Of a stretch of DNA of 64,000 nt, positions 56,188 through 64,000 are shown piece by piece. How positions within the stretch are numbered: the first letter of the stretch is position 1; the number at the start of each line of letters is the position of its first letter. The notes beneath the pieces are model-generated. The model was not told where the DNA came from. It saw only the letters and a program-made list of their open reading frames with translations, and searched no databases. This DNA is from Octopus vulgaris (taxonomy: Eukaryota). Made by a program: the position numbers and the translations under genes. The DNA lies in NCBI GenBank assembly GCA_951406725.2, contig OX597830.1, positions 69,688,001 to 69,752,000 on the forward strand. Direction: 5' to 3'.

Positions 56188-56856
56188 CAAATTTTGCCAC
56201 AAGAGCAGCAATTTTGGGGGATGTGATGAGTTGATTACATCGACCCCAGTGTTTAACTGGTACTTATTTTATTGAACTCGAAAGGATGAAAGGTGAAGTT
56301 GACCTTGGCAGAATTTGAACTCAGAATGTGGCAATGGTTGAAATACTGCTAAGCATTTTGTCCAGTGTGCTAATGATTCTGTCAGCTTGCCACCTTGATA
56401 ATAATCCTTTCTACTATAGGCACAAGACCTGAAATTTGTGGGAGGGGACTAGTTGATTAGATTGACCCCAGTGTTTCACTGGTACTTAATTTATCGACCC
56501 TGAAAGGATGAAAGGCAAAGTTGACCTAGGCGGAATTTGAACTCAGAATGTAGTGACGGGCGAAATACAACTAAGCATTTCATCCAGCGTGATACCAATC
56601 CTACCTGCTCGTCCCCTTTGCCACCTTGATAATAATAATCTTTTCTGCTTTAGGCATAAAGGCCCAAAATTTTGAGGGAGGGGGCCAGTTGATTAGATTG
56701 ACCTCAGTACTGAACTGGTACTTGATTTATCGACCCTGAAAGGATGAAAGGCAAAGTTGACCTAGGCGGAATTTGAACTCAGAACATAGTGACGGACGAA
56801 ATACCACTAAGCATATCATTCAGTGTGCTAACGACTCTGCCAGCTTTGCCAGCTTG
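55910..56856 (-). mobile_element. Head-to-tail array of four copies of the Nin/Deu-like SINE
   Basis: GGATG(A/G)AAGG..AAGT..ACC..GGC.GAATTTGAACTCAGAA recurs at about 56.01, 56.28, 56.50 and 56.74 kb, separated by short AAT/GAT runs. Confidence 0.75.
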
Positions 56857-56869
56857 ATAATAATGGATG

Positions 56870-57246
56870 GAAGCACTCCGTCGCTTATGAGGGTTCCGGT
56901 TGATCCGATCAACGGAACAGCCTGCTCGTGAAATTAACGTGTAAGTGGCTGAGCACTCCACAGACACGTGTACCCTTAACATAGTTCTCGGGGATATTCA
57001 GCGTGACACAGAGAGTGACAAGGCCGGCCCTTTGAAATACAGGTACAACAGAAACAGGAAGTAAGAGTGAGAGAAAGTTGTGGTGAAAGAGTACAGCAGG
57101 GATCACCACCATCCCCTACCGGAGCCTCGTGGAGCTTTTAGGTGTTTTCGCTCAATAAACACTCACAATGCCCGGTCTGGGAATCGAAACCACAATCCTA
57201 CGACAGCGAGTCTGCTGCCCTAACCACTGGGCCATTGCGCCTCCAC
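56870..57246 (-). mobile_element. tRNA-derived SINE, fourth family
   Basis: Minus-strand head GGAGGCGCAATGGCCCAGTGGTTAGGG...GGTTTCGATTCCC. Related pieces at about 24360-24545 (+), 15183-15470, 48325-48545 and 52655-52880. Confidence 0.7.
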
Positions 57247-57784
57247 CTTGATAATAATAATAATGAGCTTATCGTATAACAGTGCTCAGGAGCACTGCAA
57301 CATGTCAGAGAAGCGTAAAAGAGGAAACAGAAAGTAACATTAAGACAAATAAAAATAATGATAGCTAAAATACAGGCACAATTAACAGGATAAAACAACA
57401 AAAAGACCCAAAAGTGAAGAGTAAAAGAGCCATAAAGAGGTCCTAAGTCGATCTGTTTTCAATCATGTTCTTACTTGTTTCTAATTAGTTACTGTCGTTT
57501 ACTATAAACTGAGAATACTTATTAATTTAGCACTGTTCATTGACATCACACATCTTAAACTAATGTGTGTGCTTATCACCTCCCCACATTGCCATGTTGA
57601 AGGGTCAATGCTAATAACATTAAGAAGATGGTCATAGCAAGAATATTTAATTGGGAGTTGTTTTTAGATTTTAGTATTTACACCAGATTGTATATTTAGA
57701 CAATTGTTTGTCTTTCCATTATTACTTTTCTTAGCAATAAAGCTGAAACAATAAAAAAACATTTTTAAATGAAAAGAAAACCCA

Positions 57785-58515
57785 TAATCGACAGCGATTT
57801 GTGTTGGACAAAACACACTGCTAAAATTGCCAAGAAGGCTGAGGGTGTTTTGGTATCACTTACCAAAACCTTTGTGAGCTGCTCACTGGCTATCTATCTG
57901 AGGCTTTATATAGCTATGGTGCAGCCTCACCTGGAATTTGCATCACCGGTCTGGAACCCCTATCTTGCAGAGGATATTAATCATCTGGAAACCGTTCAGT
58001 GACGTGCAACCAAGAGAATACCCTCCATCAGGCATTTGTTAAATTCTGAATGCCTTACTTCCCTGGGCATGGAAACATTGAAACTCCAACGTCTGGCAGC
58101 TGACTTGGCAGACACCCATAAAATTATTAACCATCTTACAAACAATAACTCTGAGCACCTTTTCAAACTCCACCTGTCTAACACCCGTGGACATGTTTAC
58201 AAAGTCAGAAAACAGCACAGCTCCCATGACTTTCGGAAACATTTTTTCCTGCTAAGAGTTGCTGAAGCATGGAACAAACTGTCGGCATCAGTTGTTAGTT
58301 GTCGGAGCACTGCATCCTTCAAAACTTCCATGCTTCCTGAGATTTGCCAACACTACACCTGATTTCTCCCCTCCATACATACACACGCAAGCATGTATCT
58401 GACTCATACACTGTTCGCTTTCCAGACATTTGTACATTACTGCATATGCTTTATATGCACTTTTGACATGTAGTGCACCTGAGCACTGTATACAATAATT
58501 TCATTATTATTATTA
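57785..58515 (+). mobile_element. CR1-clade LINE 3' fragment with 3' UTR and (ATT)n tail
   Basis: YIAMVQPHLEFASPVWNPY...ETVQ*RATKRI...TRGH...FRKHFFLLRVAEAWNKL is the typical CR1/L2-group RT C-terminus. Shorter copies at about 6173-6402, 6968-7245 and 50663-51006. Confidence 0.85.
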
Positions 58516-61183
58516 TAAATGCCTCAAAATATTTCGTTTCATCTCACAACATTCTGAGCATAGGATTTGAACTTACAATGTCACCCTTACCTTTCATTTC
58601 ACTTGGCTCACTACAATAAGCACCAGTAATATACTGGGCTCAAATGATCTATTCACTCTGTTTGACCAAAGACATGCTTCCCGCTTAGTTTTGAGAATTT
58701 AGCATTAAAACTTTTTCTAGATTTCTCAGCAACAATAAATGTTTCACATGGTCTGTTTTAGTGTTTTCTGTTGGTGAGTTCAAATAATGTAAGAATCATC
58801 TTTTTTGAAGGTCATAAATAGTACTTCTAAGATATCAGAGCTGATATATTGGATTATAAAACGTCCCATACAAAAATTTTGGCCTTATGCTTGCATAAAA
58901 GAAATTATTGCTACACTCATTTCTAAAAGAAAATGGTGTTGGCCCAATACAAACCCAATTTTACCTTTGGGGACAGGTGGCCCTTATTACTCTGACCTCT
59001 GTCCAGTATGGGAGATCCTACCAGGTGTTTGTGCTTGGTTGGCATGATTCTCTGGGTCATTGAGGCACATAAGCCATTACACACCAATAAGGACTGGGCC
59101 TTGTTGTGGACACTAACCTTTACGCTTACTCCTTCCATCTCAGACAGTCAACTCTTGGGAATATCCTCACAGCCCATGAACATTAACTACATCGAACTGG
59201 GAGGAGTTATGAAGGCCATGGGTGCAGATACTTTTCCAAAACCAAATCACAAAAAAAAAAGAAAAAAAAAAAGAAAGAAAGCATAATATAATTAATGAAA
59301 ATTAAAGAGAATTAACACTTTTTGGTTTGGAAATCGAACCAAAACGAACTATTCAATAGGGTTTCATTCAATTTTTGGAGTCGACTCGATATTTTTTGTC
59401 TGGTGTTAATTTAATCGTCCACTGTGATTCCCTAAGCTTAAAAACCTCCTTTGGTCAGCGAAGGAATTAACGGTATAATGCTGAATAAAATACATAACTG
59501 CATTTAATTACGTCCCTTTAAATCCTGAGTTCAAATCCTGCCAGACATGGTTTTTGCTATTTATCTTTTTAGGGTCGATAAAATAAGTACCCGTGAAGTA
59601 GCGAGGGCGATTCTACACTCATCTCCCAACAAAAATTTCTTACCTTGAGCCAAAGTTACAGATTAACAAACGTTAATATTGTAATGTATATTGATTTTAT
59701 TTTCCCCGCAGTTCGGACACCCACCTATTTTCGTTGATATGAGAACATATATATATATACAGATATATAATTTTTGGATATGATACCTGGCACTATAAAC
59801 ATCCTGATGTTAATCCTAATATCGACTACAGGAGAAGAGGAAAGTAGGAAAGAAAAAAAAACAAAAGATAAAAAATAAAAACAAAACATGAAAAAACAAA
59901 CAAACAAACTGGACATTTTGTAATAATAAAGAATCGTCTCTAAATCAAAAGAGAGGAAATGTCAAGGGAAATCTAGATTATGATTCCGCGATCGAAAAAA
60001 AAAACCTATCGTTTCTGTTGGCATTACATTTTAAGTAGCAATAAATATGAGAGCTTGGACACATTCGTTAAAGGATTTTCGTTTCTTTTTCTTTCATTTA
60101 AATGTCAAGATCTTTATCATGAAGACATAACGATAACCATCTACTAAAACCAATAAATAAATTTCATAGGATATACATTTTTAAAGCAAATACCATCTAT
60201 TCTGCGGCAGAGAGCTTCATCTTCTCCATCTTTCTCTTCAGAATCGTAGCAATCATTTGTTTGTATGAATGTGTGTGTGTATGTGTGTGTGTGCGCGTGT
60301 GTATGTATGTGTGTGTGCGTGTGTATGTGTGTGTTGGAATGCATCTCCCACCCTTCCTGGGAATGCCGCGTGTGTCTGTTTAGGTTATCTACGAATGAAA
60401 TTTCGATGAAGTTCTAATAGATTTGTACAATACATCTTGCGTCAGTTTTGGACAATGTGTATCCTAGCTTTTTTTCTTGTAAAAGCGACCAACCACCCAC
60501 CCACTTAATTTATAGTGTAAATACTTAAGTGTTCCATAAATGCTTCTATGACCCTCATCGTAATTCACACGAATCGATGTCTCGACTAGAACTAGCAGCC
60601 GAACCTTCCCCCAAATTAAGCGTCACTTTTTTAAAAAAAATAAAGACATGTCAGATAATTTAGTGCTAGATAACCAACGAGAAATGGGTAGTCATGGCTG
60701 GAATTCCATTGATCTCAGCTCTTTGTAATCTAGGTTGATATTCTAAAGCTAAGTAGCAACGATGATGTAATTGGCAGGTAGGATTTGTATAACGGCTTAT
60801 AGGAAACCAGAGTGGATGATATCACAAAGGGGTGATATTAACATTTGTATTTACGTATGGAATTAATCTGATGGTAAGGAGTCAGTTTAAATTTAAATCA
60901 AGAGGTTACGCACTAGGATACGATCAGGTAAACAAAATATATAAAAGAGAAGTGTGTAGGACAATGAAAGGGTGAGAGTACTGACGGAATATTACAGACT
61001 CTGTGATGATATCGACAGCTATTTAAATCGAAATTAAGATATGCACCGATATGTAGCAGTGATATTCGTTTAAAATAGAGAAATAGAAATATATTTTGGA
61101 GCGTAAATGGGGCTGTTTCAGTTTATGAAAACGCGCGATGATCCACAGATTCATTTAAAGGGAAAAAATGTAAACATTTTGTT

Positions 61184-61232
61184 GGAAGTAAGCAGACAGG
61201 CGGAAGTCGAGGGAAACCGGAAGTTGACGTAA
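61184..61232 (+). promoter_or_regulatory. Housekeeping-type promoter: clustered ETS (GGAAGT) sites plus CRE-like site
   Basis: GGAAGT at 61184, CGGAAGT at 61201, and CCGGAAGT at 61217-61224 directly followed by TGACGTAA at 61225-61232. Locally CpG-rich and repeat-poor. Confidence 0.6.
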
Positions 61233-61623
61233 CATTGCAGCGTCGAACTATGAAAAATTATTTAAAAATTAAAAAAAAAAAGATTAATATATTAAACTAA
61301 TTTCAGTCTATAATATGATTAATAAAACAATACATTACAATGTTCTCAGTTTATATGGTAGTGAATGTAAGTAAATATTATCATTTAGGGAATATGATTT
61401 ATAAAATTTAAGTTATACAATCTATTTACAAAAATAAAAAAAAAAGGTTTTTTTTTAATTTCTAAAACTAGATTTAGTAATAAAAAAATATTACAGCTTA
61501 TTAAGGAAAAGAAAATATTTATATTTTGTCCTATATATTTAATTTTAATTACTGTCAGATCAGGAAATTGTGTCTAACCTTATTCACTGCGTATCTACAG
61601 CAGAAGTTAGATTCCACGTAAAC

Positions 61624-61644
61624 ATGGTCGACTCTACAATTCTT
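61624..61644 (+). CDS. Putative first coding segment (MVDSTIL) of an unidentified gene continuing beyond the window
   Basis: AAACATGG start context, 7 codons, then a GTAAGT donor at 61645. An upstream donor GTAAGT at 61367 and acceptor TCAG at 61555-61558 define a preceding intron. Lies downstream of the ETS/CRE promoter. Confidence 0.4.
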
Positions 61645-61797
61645 GTAAGTTATTCATATATATAAATATACGTTTATATTTGTGTGTATACACACGTATA
61701 CATGTATTTATATGTTGATTATGTCTTTAAAGAAACACTTTCGCTATTAGTATTGTTATTTTAGGTGTTTTAATTTTAGTATGATTAATATTTTGTT

Positions 61798-62009
61798 GGG
61801 TACGACTAGCGGACAGTGGTCCCGGTGCGCGCACTCGCGCATCTGCGCTAGCTAGTCGTAAGTAGTCGATCCTACAAAGACATATTAACCCTAACGCTAA
61901 CCCTAGTTTGTTTATAAAAATTATTTAGTTTAAAAAATTGTAGGATCCACTACTTACGACTAGCTAGCGCGAGTGCGCGCACCGGGACCACTGTTCGCTT
62001 GTAGTACCG
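61798..62009. mobile_element. MITE with ~75-bp GC-rich TIRs, internal TAACCC repeats and 6-bp TSD
   Basis: GGTACGACTAGCGGACAGTGGTCCCGGTGCGCGCACTCGCGC... pairs with ...GCGCGAGTGCGCGCACCGGGACCACTGTTCGCTTGTAGTACC. TTTGTT at 61792-61797 and 62010-62015. Confidence 0.75.
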
Positions 62010-62865
62010 TTTGTTGTTTATTCTGCCGATGCGGTTCGTAAGAAAAAAATGACTAAGGAAAGATATTTCCAAATATTTTGATAATCACGAAGAATAAGAA
62101 ATATTTATAACTTTATCAGTGTTTAATAAGAACTCCTAAATTACAAATCTAAAGCGAAGTAATAATAATAGATAATAGAAATGTTTAGAAGAATATTTTC
62201 TTCTAAGGAAGGCGTCCGTGTCCGAACCGTATCCAATTTATTCACTAGACAAATAAATTAATTAAATCTTCGCGCTTTCATACCTGTGATCTTATGTTAT
62301 AACTTTTGACTGAAACTAGAGAATTATATATTATATAATATTTGTTACCCTCACTCCTTCGATGGAGTTTTGACTTGGTTGTTCTTCTCTAATGAGTGAA
62401 TTAAAGGAAGCGGCTTTGGTAAGTTGTGGAAACTTCCTTGAGAGGTGTAAAAGTTGGTAATAAATAATATATCACCGATTATGTTTGTGGGACTCATTGA
62501 TCTGACAGTTGGTGGTCATTTCCTCGGGAAATACTTTTATAAGTTTCTGTTTAACCCCAAGTCGGCTCTGATTGAGGAGGATATATGATCACAGCCATTC
62601 CAGGCGTGGCCACGTGGATTATTTTCTGGGTTTAGTCACCTTTGAGCAACGATATCTAATGTGTATCATCCTTTTTTTTTTTTTTTTTTCACAAGGAGAT
62701 GCAGCTTGTATTTCGATTACACAGGGACTCGTCTGTTCGACACAGAAAAGTAATATTCTTAGGTAAACGATGCCCATCTCATGGTACATTTGTCAACAGT
62801 GACAGGCTGCGAGGGACTTTGGGAGAAAAAAAAAAACAAAATAAAGGAAAATAGCCTCCCTGCAA

Positions 62866-63190
62866 TCATCATCATCGTTTAACGTCCGCTTTCCATGCTG
62901 GCATGGTTTGGACGGTTTGACTGAGGACTGGCAAGCCAGAAGGCTGCACCAAGCTCCAATCTGATCTGGCAAAGTTTCTACAGCTGGATGCCCTTCCTAA
63001 TGCCAACCACTCTGAGAGTGTAGTGGGTGCTTTTTACGTGCCACCAGCACGAGGGCCAGTGAGGTGGTACTGGCATCGACCATGCTCAAATGGTACTTTT
63101 TACGTGCCACCAGTGAAGGAGCAAATCAGGTGGCACTGGAAACGACCACGCTCGAATGGTACTCTTTATGTGCCATCGGCATGGGATATA
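62866..63190 (-). mobile_element. Abundant short retroposon with (GAT)n tail and internal GTGGCACGTAAAAAGCACC repeats
   Basis: Shared core GTTAGGAAGGGCATCCAGCTGTAGAAA and tail CCCATGC.AGCATGGAAAGCGGACGTTAAACGATGATGATG. Copies at about 10186-10490, 24975-25137, 32750-33060, 51090-51440, 51690-51970. Confidence 0.75.
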
Positions 63191-63379
63191 ATATGCTTAT
63201 TGAATAAAGTACTTGGGTGCACTACAACTCATCAGGAATTGGTAAAAGACAAAGACAGAAAGTAGCAATGAGTAAAGAAAGACAACAATAATAGCCAAAA
63301 GCCGATGCACAGTGCACTAAATGAACACAAAAGATAGAAAAGTGCACAGTTGTAGAACCATTAAGATGAAATTACCTAT

Positions 63380-63790
63380 GTACAGGCATAGGAGTGGCTG
63401 TGTGCTAAGTAGCTTACTTACGAACCACATGGTTCTGGGTTCAGTTCCACTGCGTGGCACCTTGGGCAAGTGTCTTCTACTATGGCCTTGGGCCGACCAA
63501 AGCCTTGTGAGTGGATTTGGTAGACGGAAACTGAAAGAAGCCTGTCGTATATTGTGTGTATATATATATGTATATATATATGTTTGTGTGCTTGTGTTTG
63601 TTCCCCCAACATCGCTTGACAACCAATGCTGGTGTGTTTATGTCCCCGTAACTTAGCAGTTCGGCAAAAGAGACCGATAGAATAAGTACTAGGCTTACAA
63701 AGAATAAGTCCTGGGGTCGATTTGCTTGACTAAAAGGCGGTGCTCCAGCATGGCCACAGTCAAATGACTGAAACAAGTAAAAGAGTAAAA
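63380..63790 (+). mobile_element. tRNA-derived SINE with central (TA)n/(TG)n linker
   Basis: Head GGAGTGGCTGTGTG.TAAG...GGTTCAGTTCCACTGCGTGGCACCTTGGGCAAG, tail GACTGAAACAAGTAAAAGAGTAAAAGAG. Copies at about 13112-13710 (+), 25985-26383 (-), 31540-31958 (-), 35050-35440 (+). Confidence 0.8.
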
Positions 63791-64000
63791 GAGGGAGTAT
63801 GCAGGTCAAGAGTAGTGTTGGCAAATTTTGGAAAGCATGGAGTTTTTGGTGTCCTGAAAGCTAACAACTGACATGGTAGTTTATTCCATGCTTTGTCAAT
63901 TCTGAGCATATAAAAATTATGATAAATAGTTTACAAACAGTTTATAAGAATCTACCTGAAAGTAAAATTTATAAGTAACTTACACTCTAATGCCAATAGG

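Noticed and set aside
57769-58362. ORFs of 77 and 108 aa as a host gene
   Set aside because: A single CR1-type reverse transcriptase C-terminus broken by a stop codon; multi-copy in the window.

Overview
AT-rich, repeat-dense metazoan DNA. The SINE families and the microsatellite load suggest an octopus (coleoid cephalopod) genome; this is an inference. The one clear gene is a two-exon class I glutaredoxin (GLRX/Grx1-like, CPFC active site, 106 aa) on the + strand. Coding exon 1 is 18414-18635, a 20,027-nt phase-0 GT-AG intron follows, and coding exon 2 is 38663-38761 (absent from the ORF track). The probable promoter and 5' end of a second, unidentified gene lie at about 61.2-61.65 kb. The rest is tRNA-derived SINEs, LINE fragments (CR1, RTE, R4/Dong-like), MITEs (hAT-, piggyBac-, Tc1/pogo-like and unclassified), mini- and microsatellites. 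Almost all other ORFs in the track are repeat artefacts. The most notable finding is a hammerhead ribozyme with an intact catalytic core on the minus strand at 46709-46790. It sits inside a small element embedded in (TA)n. Several related fold-back elements carry degenerate hammerhead motifs or long hairpins (about 2.6, 6.5, 13.8, 23.4 and 54.9 kb), consistent with non-autonomous Penelope-like or retrozyme-like mobile RNAs.
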